From contig JBIIJQ010000004.1 of assembly GCA_044233655.1 (NCBI GenBank), forward strand, positions 16,079 through 80,078: a stretch of 64,000 nt of DNA. Direction: 5' to 3'. Under the pieces are notes generated by a model. That model saw only the letters and a list, made by a program, of their open reading frames with translations. It ran no database searches and had not been told where the DNA came from. The translations under genes and the position numbers were made by a program. Positions within the stretch are counted from its first letter, which is position 1. Each line of letters starts with the position of its first letter. This document shows, piece by piece, positions 36,069 through 46,480 of this stretch. The DNA is from Chitinophagaceae bacterium (GTDB lineage: Bacteria > Bacteroidota > Bacteroidia > Chitinophagales > Chitinophagaceae).

Positions 36069-38909
36069 CTATTTCCCCTCACTCAACTCTATTTTTTGAG
36101 TTTTCTTTTCACCATTGGGGTGTTGTAGTTGAATCGTATATTTTCCAATTGAGAGGTAATAATTTCCATCATCTGCTTTGACTGGTTTTTTTGCAAATAC
36201 ACCTAACATAGATTCGTCTACCTTGAAATTATATTCAAACGTATTAATACCTTCATTGGCTTTGAATAGGGTAGTATATATTTGTTGATTTTTTTCTGTA
36301 AAGATTGACAGTTTAAAATCACCTGCTTGTTTTGTGAAAAATGAAATGGGTAATTTATCTTCAACTGGTTCAGCATATGAAGCAAATTTGCTTCCAAGTC
36401 TATTATTCCAGATCGAATTTGGTATGGTAAACAAGGCCCATGCTTGCGAACTTACCTTAGCATATTCTTGTATCAAATCCAACTTCGCAATATAGATCGA
36501 TCTGCCATGGGTGCCCAATATAATTTCGTTTTCACGATCTTGTATAGCTATATCATGGATGGCTACGCGAGGCAATTCGCTATTCCATGTTGTATAGGTT
36601 TTACCTTGATCGAAAGATACATACAATCCATTGTCGGTACCAACGTAAATGATTTGAGCATTCTTTGGATCCTCACGAATTACATTGATAGGTTCGCTTG
36701 GTAAATTTTGTGCGATGGATGTCCATGTATTTCCATAGTCGTTGCTTTTGTATGCATAAGCAGTAAAGTCATCATTGCGATAGCCATTTAATGTAGCATA
36801 TACAATGCTTTCTTGATGTCGACTTGCTATCACTCTTGATATCCATCTACTCTGTGGGAGATTGTTAGATATTTTTGTCCAAGTATATCCTGCATCTTTA
36901 CTTAGATGGATATTGCCATCATCTGTACCAACATAAATCAATCCAAACCGAAGTGGACTTTCATGTATGGTAGTTAGAGTGCCATAGGGTACATTGCCTT
37001 TAAAATTAGTCGAAGTTAAATCACCACTCCATGTTTGTAAATTTTCACCTTGATTCATGGATCTGTGAAATTGATTGGATCCCATATAGAAAATAGACTG
37101 ATTGTGTTTGCTTAAGCAAATAGGTGTTTGCCAATTGAATCGATAGGGCTTTTGACCTATATCATGTATTGGTTTTATTTCTTTGGAATCTTGGGATGAT
37201 TTATTGTATTTAAAATAATTTCCAAATTGATATCCTAGGTATACATCATCATTCGTACGAGTATCTACTTGCACTTGCATGCCATCTCCATCGCCAATGC
37301 CTTTGTAGGCGTATTCGCCACTTTGATGCCATGCTACCGATTCGGAATGGTTAGAAGGGCCTACCCAAGTTCCATTGTCTTGTAAGCCACCATATACATT
37401 GTAAGGGTCAGCATTGTCAACTTCGATCGCATAGAATTGCCCTACGGCAGGATTGTTTGCCTTGAACCAAATTTTGCCATTATCATAACTGATATTGATA
37501 CCACCATCATTGCCCGTTATTATATGATTGTCGTTGTTCGGATTGATCCATATACGATGATAATCGGGATGACAGTTATCACCATCTATTTGTTTGAATG
37601 TTTTACCACCATCGGTACTCATGATAATAGGATAACCAGCAATGCATACCTTCTCGGGGTTTGTAGGTGAAACTGAAACGGTTCCGAAGTAATACCCATA
37701 GGTAAAGAAAACACCTTCTAATAATTCAGTATGTGTTTTTTCCCAATGAACTCCGCCGTCGTCACTTCGATAGAGTTCAGCACCTTTTACAGGTGTGTTG
37801 AATAAGTTAGCATCGGCATCGGCTAGTTTCCAGTCAGCTACATCTTTTACAGTGTATTTTTTTTGTCTTATATTTTCTTTTACATTTTCGGCAGTATATT
37901 TTTTGGGATACCCATTGCTTTTGAGATAGGTGTCTAATTTTTTATTTTCTAGTTTGAAAAAATCTACTTCACTCATAGAAGAGATATCTCTTGCATTTAA
38001 TTTTTTTTCTTCGTTGCTTTCTTTTTTATCTTGATTGAAATTGTTGTCAACTACTGCATAAATTATTTGCGGATTTGAGTTGCATAAACTCAAACCTATA
38101 CGACCTACACCAGTGCCTGTAGGAAATCCTGATTGTTCATTCGAAATCAATGACCAATGTTCGCCACCATCAGTGCTTTTGTAGATGCCACTTGCAGCAC
38201 CACAACCACTAAAGTTCCAGGCCGTTCGGCTTCGAGTCCAAGAAGCAGTATACAAAGTAGATGGATGCAAAGGGTCAATGGTTAAATCAACACAGCCAGT
38301 ACTATCATTGATATAAAGGGTTTGTTTCCATGTTTTTCCTCCATCGATGGTTTTGTAGATACCACGTTCTTTATTGTGCGTATACAAATGTCCTAGTACT
38401 GCAACATACGCAGTCGAAGGTTGTGTAAGGTCAAGGCATATTTTGCCTATATGATGACTTTCTTCAAGTCCAACATGCGTCCATGATTTGCCATTGTCAT
38501 TGGTTTTATATACACCTGTTCCTGCATAAGATGATCGAGATGAATTTACCTCGCCGGTTCCTACCCAAAGGGTGCGTGTGTTCCAGTCCATAGCCATATC
38601 ACCAATGGTGATTGAAGATTCATGATCAAATATTGGTGTAAAAGATTGACCATTATTCATTGTATGAAATACTCCACCACTCGCATAAGCAACATAAAAT
38701 TCAATTGAATTTGCTGGATTTACCTCTATATCGGTTACCCGCCCACTCATCACTGTCGGGCCAATATTTTTAAACTTGACTCCTTGTAATGGTGTTGATA
38801 CCGAATTGCTTTTGTTAGATGAAGCGATTCTTTTTTGAGTACTAGTTTGAGAAAAAATGTATAGTGAATTAAAAATTAAAAACAACGATAATAAAATGTG
38901 TTTGTGCAT
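36069..38909 (-). CDS. BNR/Asp-box repeat (sortilin/VPS10-like) beta-propeller protein
   Basis: 946 aa with a signal peptide and at least 9 Asp-boxes (TNDNGKSW, TIDGGKTW, STDGGEHW, SDDGGVHW, STDGGKTF, SYDNGKIW, SKDAGYTW, SNDYGNTW, SFDQGKTY). Confidence 0.85.
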   Translation of the reverse strand: MHKHILLSLFLIFNSLYIFSQTSTQKRIASSNKSNSVSTPLQGVKFKNIGPTVMSGRVTDIEVNPANSIEFYVAYASGGVFHTMNNGQSFTPIFDHESSITIGDMAMDWNTRTLWVGTGEVNSSRSSYAGTGVYKTNDNGKSWTHVGLEESHHIGKICLDLTQPSTAYVAVLGHLYTHNKERGIYKTIDGGKTWKQTLYINDSTGCVDLTIDPLHPSTLYTASWTRSRTAWNFSGCGAASGIYKSTDGGEHWSLISNEQSGFPTGTGVGRIGLSLCNSNPQIIYAVVDNNFNQDKKESNEEKKLNARDISSMSEVDFFKLENKKLDTYLKSNGYPKKYTAENVKENIRQKKYTVKDVADWKLADADANLFNTPVKGAELYRSDDGGVHWEKTHTELLEGVFFTYGYYFGTVSVSPTNPEKVCIAGYPIIMSTDGGKTFKQIDGDNCHPDYHRIWINPNNDNHIITGNDGGINISYDNGKIWFKANNPAVGQFYAIEVDNADPYNVYGGLQDNGTWVGPSNHSESVAWHQSGEYAYKGIGDGDGMQVQVDTRTNDDVYLGYQFGNYFKYNKSSQDSKEIKPIHDIGQKPYRFNWQTPICLSKHNQSIFYMGSNQFHRSMNQGENLQTWSGDLTSTNFKGNVPYGTLTTIHESPLRFGLIYVGTDDGNIHLSKDAGYTWTKISNNLPQSRWISRVIASRHQESIVYATLNGYRNDDFTAYAYKSNDYGNTWTSIAQNLPSEPINVIREDPKNAQIIYVGTDNGLYVSFDQGKTYTTWNSELPRVAIHDIAIQDRENEIILGTHGRSIYIAKLDLIQEYAKVSSQAWALFTIPNSIWNNRLGSKFASYAEPVEDKLPISFFTKQAGDFKLSIFTEKNQQIYTTLFKANEGINTFEYNFKVDESMLGVFAKKPVKADDGNYYLSIGKYTIQLQHPNGEKKTQKIELSEGK

Positions 38910-39043
38910 GAAGGTGAAATTAATTGTGCTAAATTAGAAAATAAAATAAGAATCTAATTTGTTATTATTGCAGTACATATTATCTTTAATAGTTGCAACA
39001 TAAACTTTTAGCAGGCCAATTTAAAATTCGTAAATTCATTTTA

Positions 39044-39790
39044 ATGAATTTATGTTTATTGGTATCCATTATTTCTTTAGCACAAAAGAAAAAAACAACT
39101 CCTCCAGCGCCTATAGTCAATCAAGTTGCAAAAATAGTTTCATATGAAGTATTAGAAAATGGGGATACCATTAATAAACTGGATCAGAATAAGCACAAAC
39201 AGGGCAAGTGGCTCATCTTCAATGAAGGAAAATATGGTGAAGCTTCGTTATACGAATATGGTTCATACGCCAACAATGTACGAGTAGGAAAATGGAATGT
39301 ATATGACAATGAAGGAAGGGTAGTCTCTGAAGAAAATTTTAAAACAGGTATCAAAGATGGTGAGGCTCGTTACTTTGATAATGGTAAACTTTATTGTATT
39401 GGAAATTACCTTGCATTGCGATCCAAGTATGAATATGATACAGTGATGGTAGAAGATCCTAATACGAATTTATTACGACCAGTTGTAATTAAAGCAGATG
39501 TTGGAAGTGTGCGTCATGGTCTTTGGACATATTACGAACCTACTACATCCAAAATTGAAAAAGTGATCGAATACCAAGTCGATGAAGTGATTTATGAACG
39601 TGATTATACTAATACGAATGCGGTGGATAGCAATTATAAAGAATTGAAAAATAAAACAATGCCACATATAAGTAATAAACCGCCTACGAGTGTATGGATG
39701 CTTGAAAAAGGTAAAAAGCCTGTGAAGTATACGGATATTCCAGAAAATGCTGAGTATGTGAAGCCCAATGTGCGAAAGAGTAAACGATAG
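39044..39790 (+). CDS. MORN-repeat-variant / YwqK-like secreted protein
   Basis: Signal peptide from the ATG at 39044 (the track start is 38993). Contains repeats such as GKWLIFNE.., VGKWNVYDNEGRVVSEENFKTGIKDGEARYFDNGKLY. Confidence 0.6.
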   Translation: MNLCLLVSIISLAQKKKTTPPAPIVNQVAKIVSYEVLENGDTINKLDQNKHKQGKWLIFNEGKYGEASLYEYGSYANNVRVGKWNVYDNEGRVVSEENFKTGIKDGEARYFDNGKLYCIGNYLALRSKYEYDTVMVEDPNTNLLRPVVIKADVGSVRHGLWTYYEPTTSKIEKVIEYQVDEVIYERDYTNTNAVDSNYKELKNKTMPHISNKPPTSVWMLEKGKKPVKYTDIPENAEYVKPNVRKSKR

Positions 39791-39793
39791 AGA

Positions 39794-40978
39794 TTAAGAA
39801 GAAAATTTCCCGGCTTTAAAGAGTGTTTGAATTCTATTTGATTGGTCAAATGGACATTCAATATGAAAATTTTCTATGAACACAATGCCAGGTTGTTTTC
39901 CACTTTCAAATGAACCAAGCTTTGTATTCATTCCAAGTGCCTCGGCGCCATTTGAAGTCGCCCATTTCAATTTTTCATCCAAAGAAATAGTAGGAAAATG
40001 AGCATGAAGTACAGACAATTCACCCCAAATAGATAAGTGGTCGTTTGAAGCTAAACTATCGGTCCCAACAACAAGCTTGCAATCGGAGCTATATAAAAGA
40101 TTTACATCTGGTAATGTATTCTCGATGTATAGGTTTGCAAGAGGGCACAGGCACCAATAAAGATCTTTGTTCGTTTGTTGTGCAAATTCAATATCCTCTT
40201 TTGTTGTAACAGTATTATGAACTAAAATTAAATTGTTGGTATGGGATAGCTTGGGTAAATAACTTTGAAGGGATGACTTGCCTGTAGGATGTATGTCTTT
40301 GATTGATTTTAATATCCATTGAATCAGTCGAAGAAAATCACCTGTGCCTGATTGAAATAATTCGTTTTCAGCATCGCATTCTTGATTGTGAATGGTAGAT
40401 AATTTGTTTTGATTGATGTTATCTACCAATTGTATCAATGTATCTGAAATGGAGTAGGGCGCATGCAATACAATACTTGATGGGCCAATTTCTTTAAAGG
40501 CATTCCATATGCTAAGGCTAGTTTCAAATCGATGAGTAGCTTGTTCATCTTCAAGTCCAAAGGTCTCAATGAAATTGTGATAATTTAAATCATGTTTTTT
40601 CTTTTGTTCAAGGGTGTCTAATTTGTTACTAATATCACCAACTGCAACTATACCTTGAGCGATCATTTCTTTCTCAGCCTGTTCGATTGCAATAGCTATT
40701 TCAAGATTGTTTTGAAGATTTCGAGATTGATTAATGGTCATTAAAAAATTTACAAGTCCAGAATGCTTTGGAATAACACCTTTCATATGAGAAAGTTCCA
40801 AATGGCAATGACAATTAATCATACCTGGCATGAGAAGTCCTTTCAGTTCAATTGCATCGCTTGGAAAAGGTTTTTTTGTCAGAATATCTAGTACAATACC
40901 TTCATCGTCTACTTGAATACATGAATTCATTTTCAACGAAAATCCATCAAATAAATAAGTTGGGATTAAATAAGGCAT
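39794..40978 (-). CDS. Amidohydrolase family protein (chlorohydrolase/deaminase-like)
   Basis: 394 aa with the metal motif MINCHCHLELSH and a distal VGTDSLASN. Confidence 0.75.
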   Translation of the reverse strand: MPYLIPTYLFDGFSLKMNSCIQVDDEGIVLDILTKKPFPSDAIELKGLLMPGMINCHCHLELSHMKGVIPKHSGLVNFLMTINQSRNLQNNLEIAIAIEQAEKEMIAQGIVAVGDISNKLDTLEQKKKHDLNYHNFIETFGLEDEQATHRFETSLSIWNAFKEIGPSSIVLHAPYSISDTLIQLVDNINQNKLSTIHNQECDAENELFQSGTGDFLRLIQWILKSIKDIHPTGKSSLQSYLPKLSHTNNLILVHNTVTTKEDIEFAQQTNKDLYWCLCPLANLYIENTLPDVNLLYSSDCKLVVGTDSLASNDHLSIWGELSVLHAHFPTISLDEKLKWATSNGAEALGMNTKLGSFESGKQPGIVFIENFHIECPFDQSNRIQTLFKAGKFSS

Positions 40979-41010
40979 ATCACAATAATACGTTTGTTTT
41001 TATACAAAAA

Positions 41011-41038
41011 AAAACGGCCTCCAATTGGAAGCCGTTTT
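41011..41038 (-). terminator. Stem-loop terminator
   Basis: AAAACGGCCTCC-AATT-GGAAGCCGTTTT lies downstream of the minus-strand gene ending at 41061. Confidence 0.65.
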
Positions 41039-41060
41039 GAGATTATAAAATGAATTAAAA

Positions 41061-42965
41061 TTAGTGTTTAACCATTAATTTTTCTTTCAAATCACCTTGT
41101 GCAGTTTTAACTACTACTGAATAAGTTCCAGAAGGTAAATTAGATGTATTGATTTTAATTTCTTGTTGACCAGCAGGGATAGTAGTTTCTGCGACTTTGT
41201 AAACAACTTTACCTGTTACGTCATAGATAGCCATGCTTACTTTAGTAGCGCTATTGAATTTCACAGCTACAACAGAGAAGTCGTTTGCAGGATTAGGATA
41301 TAAACCAATTGATTGGTTTTCGCCTAATTCAACTAGACCTAATGCAATGTTAGCAGATACAGATTGTAGTACGTCTCCAGTTACAGTATCTTGAACGAAT
41401 GCTACATATTCCATTTTGCCAAAACCATTCCAAAGATCAAAGCTCATTTGAGCAGGAGTACCTACTGGAGCATTAAATGTATAGCTATCATTTGAAGTAA
41501 TTGCAACACCATTAGAAATAGATGATAACATTTTACCTCCACCATTTGGCATCATTTTACGCATCGCGTGGTAATAATTTTTTTGAGATGTAGAAGCACC
41601 AGGATAATTGTATTGGTCCTGCATTAATACTTGATAAACAGCTAATCTAGAATCTGTAGGTACAGATAAAGTTGGAGTTATACTTAAGTTTGCAGTAAAT
41701 GCATTTCCAGATTTAGTCAATGTAGCAGTCATATTTGCAAAAGCAGCATCTAATTTAGCTGTATCGATTTCACCTTGTGAATGAGCTGACATGATGGTTC
41801 TACCATTAGTAATAGCTTGTGGGATTCCACTTACACCATAGAAACTTCTTCTAGTAAGACCATCGTTGTTGTAACTTGGATCGTTTCCAGGAGAAGGCCA
41901 GTTCATTTGATATTTAATTACATTTACTCTTGAACCAGTATTTGGTGTGTTTGCATTTAACAATGGGTCAAATGAAACATTTAAACTAGCACAAGGAGCA
42001 CAAGTAGAAGAAGTAAATTCTTCGATTAATGCATTTCGAGATACAGTAGTGTTTGCAACATAATATGAGTATGAAGTAAAGTTTGAAGTATCATTTGTTG
42101 CATTGGCATCAGCACCTGTACCATTTACATTAGATACCCATATTTTTAAATTGCTGTAATTGCCAGCAGTCAATGAAGCTGGATTGAAAGATATTGCTTT
42201 TGCATCTGTGTAGTTTAATGCAGGAGCAAAGTTGAAAGTTTGTGATACAGGAGCACTAGCACCTACTTGGTAATTTACAGTTGCAGATGTCATAGCGCCT
42301 GTTCCCCAGTTAGTAACTACAGCATTGAATACAGGAGCATTGCTGATATATTTACGAGTAAATGCATTTGAAACGCCAGCGTCTTTTGTAGGTGGAACCA
42401 ATACTTTGATATTGTCTAAAGCCATTGCGAATAAATAGCCACCGCCATCACTGTATTTGAAAGCAAACATTACGTTGCTTTGACCAAGGCAAGCAGCAGG
42501 TACAGCAATAGCGCGTGTAACCCAGCCAGTAGAGTTAGTACCAGTTATTGGAGCCAATTGAGTCCAAGTAGTTCCGCCATTGTTTGAATATTGAATTTCG
42601 GCAGTCTCAGTAGCACCTTGATATGTGCCTCCAGCAAATACTAAATCGTATTGCAAGTATACACCCGAAGCGTAATTACTTAGATTCATTGTTGGTGTTT
42701 TTACTAAATCATTGAGTTTGATGCAATTACAAGCGTCATCGTTGGTAGCAATAAAGCGTGAGTGTTCAGAAAAGCCGAAACTTGAAGAGGATAATGTAGA
42801 TGCAGTGCCTGATAGCCAACCACCATCAGTTGCTTGTGTAACTTGTGTGAAACCTGCTGGCAACGCTGTTCCAGCGGTTGCTTCAAAATTTTCTTGCCAG
42901 ATTACTTGTGCATTAGCTGCAGCAAAACTTGCCATTGCTAACAGAGATAATAGAACTTTTTTCAT
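41061..42965 (-). CDS. T9SS type A CTD cargo protein with an N-terminal choice-of-anchor-J-like domain and an Omp28/thioredoxin-like region
   Basis: Signal peptide from the ATG at 42965 (MKKVLLSLLAMASFAAANAQ). Contains VIWQENFE...GW and EEFTSSTCAPCA. C-terminus LYPNPANDFSVV...GTYSVVVKT. Confidence 0.8.
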   Translation of the reverse strand: MKKVLLSLLAMASFAAANAQVIWQENFEATAGTALPAGFTQVTQATDGGWLSGTASTLSSSSFGFSEHSRFIATNDDACNCIKLNDLVKTPTMNLSNYASGVYLQYDLVFAGGTYQGATETAEIQYSNNGGTTWTQLAPITGTNSTGWVTRAIAVPAACLGQSNVMFAFKYSDGGGYLFAMALDNIKVLVPPTKDAGVSNAFTRKYISNAPVFNAVVTNWGTGAMTSATVNYQVGASAPVSQTFNFAPALNYTDAKAISFNPASLTAGNYSNLKIWVSNVNGTGADANATNDTSNFTSYSYYVANTTVSRNALIEEFTSSTCAPCASLNVSFDPLLNANTPNTGSRVNVIKYQMNWPSPGNDPSYNNDGLTRRSFYGVSGIPQAITNGRTIMSAHSQGEIDTAKLDAAFANMTATLTKSGNAFTANLSITPTLSVPTDSRLAVYQVLMQDQYNYPGASTSQKNYYHAMRKMMPNGGGKMLSSISNGVAITSNDSYTFNAPVGTPAQMSFDLWNGFGKMEYVAFVQDTVTGDVLQSVSANIALGLVELGENQSIGLYPNPANDFSVVAVKFNSATKVSMAIYDVTGKVVYKVAETTIPAGQQEIKINTSNLPSGTYSVVVKTAQGDLKEKLMVKH

Positions 42966-43087
42966 TTGTATATAATTTTTTTTGGATACGAATATACGCC
43001 TATTATTATGTTTTGAAAATAATTTAACATTTTTTAGCATTTGTATTTGTTAGAGTTCGTATATTGCAGTCACAAATAAATTACAAA

Positions 43088-43765
43088 ATGAAAAAAATAG
43101 TACTTTCTTTGATGATGTTGTTTTTCGCAACAAGTCAACTTTTAGCACAAACTACTATAGCACATGATACTGTATGGTATAATAACTTCCCAAAAGATGG
43201 ATACACACATGCGTTGAAGGACTCGATTATAAATAACTCTGCCAGTCCAGCAGTAGTAACATGGAGTAAGTCATCAGAATTATTATTGACAGGATGGACA
43301 GGAACGGGTATTTGCGATCCAAATGCATGCTACAATTTTGATAATAATTCTCATACCGTAACACTTGCTCCTAATTCTACAGCTGTATTTTATGTAGATA
43401 TGAAAGCAATAAGCACAGCGGCAGATGGAAATTCGTGGGTGACTTTAGCTACCAATTTTGGTAATATGACTTTTAAGTTCACATCATGGCCTACTCAAGT
43501 GAAAGATTTTGAAAATAATAACCTTGTAACGGTTTATCCTAATCCTGCTACTAGCTTTATTAATATCTCAATCAATGATAATCGTGTAACTACATTGAAT
43601 GTAATCAATGTAGTAGGTCGTAAAGTAGCTCGATTTGATATTAATTCATCTACACCTAATCCGATACGTGTTCCATTGGATAATATTTCTGATGGAGTCT
43701 ATTTACTTCAGTTTGCAGATGCAAATGGTAAATTGCTTGGTGTACGACGAGTAACAAAAAACTAA
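43088..43765 (+). CDS. T9SS type A CTD-containing secreted protein
   Basis: Signal peptide MKKIVLSLMMLFFATSQLLAQ. C-terminus VYPNPATSFINISI...GVYLLQF. Confidence 0.8.
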   Translation: MKKIVLSLMMLFFATSQLLAQTTIAHDTVWYNNFPKDGYTHALKDSIINNSASPAVVTWSKSSELLLTGWTGTGICDPNACYNFDNNSHTVTLAPNSTAVFYVDMKAISTAADGNSWVTLATNFGNMTFKFTSWPTQVKDFENNNLVTVYPNPATSFINISINDNRVTTLNVINVVGRKVARFDINSSTPNPIRVPLDNISDGVYLLQFADANGKLLGVRRVTKN

Positions 43766-43786
43766 ATTTTTAATTTAAATATTTCC

Positions 43787-43820
43787 AAAGAAGGCTTTCA
43801 TATGAAAGCCTTCTTTATTT
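43787..43820 (+). terminator. Rho-independent terminator
   Basis: AAAGAAGGCTTTCATATGAAAGCCTTCTTT (a perfect palindrome) followed by ATTTTT. Confidence 0.75.
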
Positions 43821-43857
43821 TTACAATTTATCAAATAAAAATTCATACCAACCTTAC

Positions 43858-44628
43858 ATGAAAATTATATCCTATAATGTAAATGGAATACGCTCTGCAT
43901 TGAATAAAGGGCTTATTGATTGGATTAAAGAACATCAAGCTGACATCTATTGCTTTCAAGAGTTGAAAGCAAATAAAGAGGATATACCTACAGAGCGTTT
44001 CGAAGAACTAGGCTATACATGTTATTGGTTTTCTGCGCAGAAAAAAGGATACAGTGGTGTTGGTGTTATTACAAAATTAAAACCGCTTGCTGTTACTTAT
44101 GGTTGTGGATTGGAACAAGCAGATTATGAGGGTCGTGTATTGCAATTGAAATTCAATGAATTTACGTTGATCAATACGTACTTTCCAAGTGGTAGTAGTG
44201 GTGATGAACGACAAGGCTACAAAATGAAATTTCTATCTGAATATCTTGATTTAATTAAAACAACACTTGCAACAGAAAATAAACAATTAATAGTAGCTGG
44301 TGATTATAATATTTGTCATCAAGCGATTGATATTCATGATCCGAAAGGAAATAAAGATTCAAGTGGATTCTTGCCCGAAGAGCGTGCATGGATGGATCAA
44401 TTTTTTGATCAAGGCATGATAGATTCATTCAGAATTGTAAACCAGGAACCACATCAATACAGTTGGTGGAGTTTCAGAGCCAATGCTCGTAATAATAATA
44501 AAGGTTGGCGGATTGATTATATCAATGTATCTGCCGCATTGAAAGACCATATTCAACATGCTGAAATATTACCACATATTAAGCATTCAGATCATTGTCC
44601 GGTAGAATTAGTATTGAAATTTGACTAG
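43858..44628 (+). CDS. xth: Exodeoxyribonuclease III
   Basis: 256 aa. Contains MKIISYNVNGIRSA, CFQELK, GDYNI, WWSFR and SDHCPV. Confidence 0.92.
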   Translation: MKIISYNVNGIRSALNKGLIDWIKEHQADIYCFQELKANKEDIPTERFEELGYTCYWFSAQKKGYSGVGVITKLKPLAVTYGCGLEQADYEGRVLQLKFNEFTLINTYFPSGSSGDERQGYKMKFLSEYLDLIKTTLATENKQLIVAGDYNICHQAIDIHDPKGNKDSSGFLPEERAWMDQFFDQGMIDSFRIVNQEPHQYSWWSFRANARNNNKGWRIDYINVSAALKDHIQHAEILPHIKHSDHCPVELVLKFD

Positions 44629-44697
44629 ATAATTTCGTAAATCATAAAAATGGAATTAAACATTTTCAACCATAGAATCACATCAAATACCTAAATT

Positions 44698-45009
44698 ATG
44701 TATATCTACAATGTAACAATAAAAATAACTCCAGCTATAGAATTAGACTGGATTGACTGGATGAAAAATGAACACATGGATGAAGTTATTGCTACTGGCG
44801 CTTTTGATCGTTATTCTTTCTATAAATTAATAGACCCAATTAGCGAAGATGATGATGGTATTACATATATAGCACAATACTTCACCGATTCGAAAGAAAG
44901 ATATGAATTGTATATCAACCAATATGCTCCTTTGCTTCGCGAAAAAGGGTATGCACTGTTTGGGGGTCAATTTATAGCATTTAGAACAGTCATGAAGTCT
45001 ATGGACTAA
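44698..45009 (+). CDS. DUF4286 family protein
   Basis: 103 aa. MYIYNVTIKI...W..WM..EH..EV..TG.F is typical of DUF4286. Confidence 0.7.
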   Translation: MYIYNVTIKITPAIELDWIDWMKNEHMDEVIATGAFDRYSFYKLIDPISEDDDGITYIAQYFTDSKERYELYINQYAPLLREKGYALFGGQFIAFRTVMKSMD

Positions 45010-45173
45010 GCTAAAACTAGGTCTGGTAAAGAGTTTAATTGATATTAATTGTTGATAACATGTGTAAATCCTTTAATGGTAAGGGTTTCAGCGAAAAAAA
45101 AATTTTGCAAACCCGTAAAACGTAGTATTTTAGCGGTATTAAAAACATTTTATAACTCAAAAAATTAAAAAAA

Positions 45174-45449
45174 ATGAACAAAGCGGAATTAATTGAAGCA
45201 ATGGCAAAAGCTGCCGACTGTACTAAAACTCAAGCTGGTGCTGCATTAGATGGTTTTATCGATGCGGTTACTGCTACTTTGAAAAAAGGTAACAAAGTAA
45301 CTTTAGTAGGATTTGGAACTTTCTCAGTATCTAAGCGTGCTGCACGTATTGGTCGTAATCCACAAACTGGAAAAGAAATCAAAATCGCTGCTAAGAAAGT
45401 TGCTAAATTTAAAGCAGGTAAAGAATTGAGTACAAAAGTTGCAAAATAA
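45174..45449 (+). CDS. hup: HU family DNA-binding protein
   Basis: 91 aa. Contains [11 protein letters not shown] and [26 protein letters not shown]. Confidence 0.95.
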   Translation: MNKAELIEAMAKAADCTKTQAGAALDGFIDAVTATLKKGNKVTLVGFGTFSVSKRAARIGRNPQTGKEIKIAAKKVAKFKAGKELSTKVAK

Positions 45450-45470
45450 TTTTTGACACTCTCAAAATTA

Positions 45471-45498
45471 AAAGTCCGCTTCGTGCGGGCTTTTTTTT
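45471..45498 (+). terminator. Rho-independent terminator
   Basis: AAAGTCCGC-TTCGT-GCGGGCTTTTTTTT. Confidence 0.75.
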
Positions 45499-45633
45499 GA
45501 TATAATGGCAGTTGATTATTTAAACATTTATATGGCTTTTGATTGTATTATTTACTTAAGAATAGTGCCTATTGAATATTTATAAACTGGATTAAATAGT
45601 TTACCTTATATTTGCCTTCTAAATTTATTTTTT

Positions 45634-45744
45634 ATGGGCCGAGGCGACAAAAAAACAAAACGTGGTAAAATCTTCAAAGGATCTTTTGGAAAAATGAGAC
45701 CACGCACAGCAGCAAGAAGAAAAGCATTAGAGAAGAAAGCATAA
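45634..45744 (+). CDS. 30S ribosomal protein bTHX
   Basis: Absent from the ORF track (36 aa). My translation is MGRGDKKTKRGKIFKGSFGKMRPRTAARRKALEKKA*, matching the very basic THX peptide of Bacteroidota and Thermus. Confidence 0.8.
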   Translation: MGRGDKKTKRGKIFKGSFGKMRPRTAARRKALEKKA

Positions 45745-45762
45745 GCTTTCTTTTTTTTATTT

Positions 45763-46425
45763 CTAGATGTTGATATAATGCATAAGCATATCATAATTGG
45801 ATTGTAAATCCTCTTTATGATTCTCTACTGCAAATGTATCTACAACTGTATAGCTAAATCGTTCAAAGGTTGCAATAAGCGCTTGCACATCCGTTTTGTT
45901 CACCTTAATTGTTACCCATTGTAATCCATTTTCATCTTTTGTTTTTACAAATAGACACAATATGTTTGTGTCATTGCTTTCGCAAATGCGAGCTATTTCT
46001 GATAAGCTATAGTTACGTTGTTCTATTTCTAACACAATGATACCTCCGGGTTCGATAATGGCATTATTGTCTGCAATGTAATTAAATAGACCTTCGATGG
46101 TAATTAAGCCAGCATAGTGGTTATGTTCATCTACTACGGGCAATACGGAAAGATTAAATTCTTTCGCTACCTTCATTGCTTCAAAAGGATGAGTGTGCTC
46201 AACAATTGCAGGCCTGAAATTTACAAATTCTGCAAGTGACAAAGGTTCTTCGGGCGTATCCCAATCTAATAGGTCATCCTCGGAGATAAGTGAAAGGTAA
46301 TTATCACGATGTACGAGTGGCAAATGAAATACACGGTATTCATTCATTAAGCGCATGGCTTTAGTTCCACTGTCATTAAGTGATAGTACTGGTAATTCGT
46401 AGGATATTAAACTCTTGGTGTTCAT
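45763..46425 (-). CDS. CBS domain-containing protein
   Basis: A tandem CBS pair (...VFHLPLV..., ...LSVLPVVD...GLITIEGL) plus a C-terminal ACT-like part. The ATG at 46425 is preferred over the track start at 46449. Confidence 0.75.
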   Translation of the reverse strand: MNTKSLISYELPVLSLNDSGTKAMRLMNEYRVFHLPLVHRDNYLSLISEDDLLDWDTPEEPLSLAEFVNFRPAIVEHTHPFEAMKVAKEFNLSVLPVVDEHNHYAGLITIEGLFNYIADNNAIIEPGGIIVLEIEQRNYSLSEIARICESNDTNILCLFVKTKDENGLQWVTIKVNKTDVQALIATFERFSYTVVDTFAVENHKEDLQSNYDMLMHYINI

Positions 46426-46480
46426 ACTTAGATAGAACGTAAATATCACAAATAAAAGTGTAAAACCAACATGATTTTTA

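Noticed and set aside
45606-45794. A 62-aa minus-strand ORF
   Set aside because: It overlaps the bTHX gene on the opposite strand and the 5' end of the CBS gene region, and has no supporting features.
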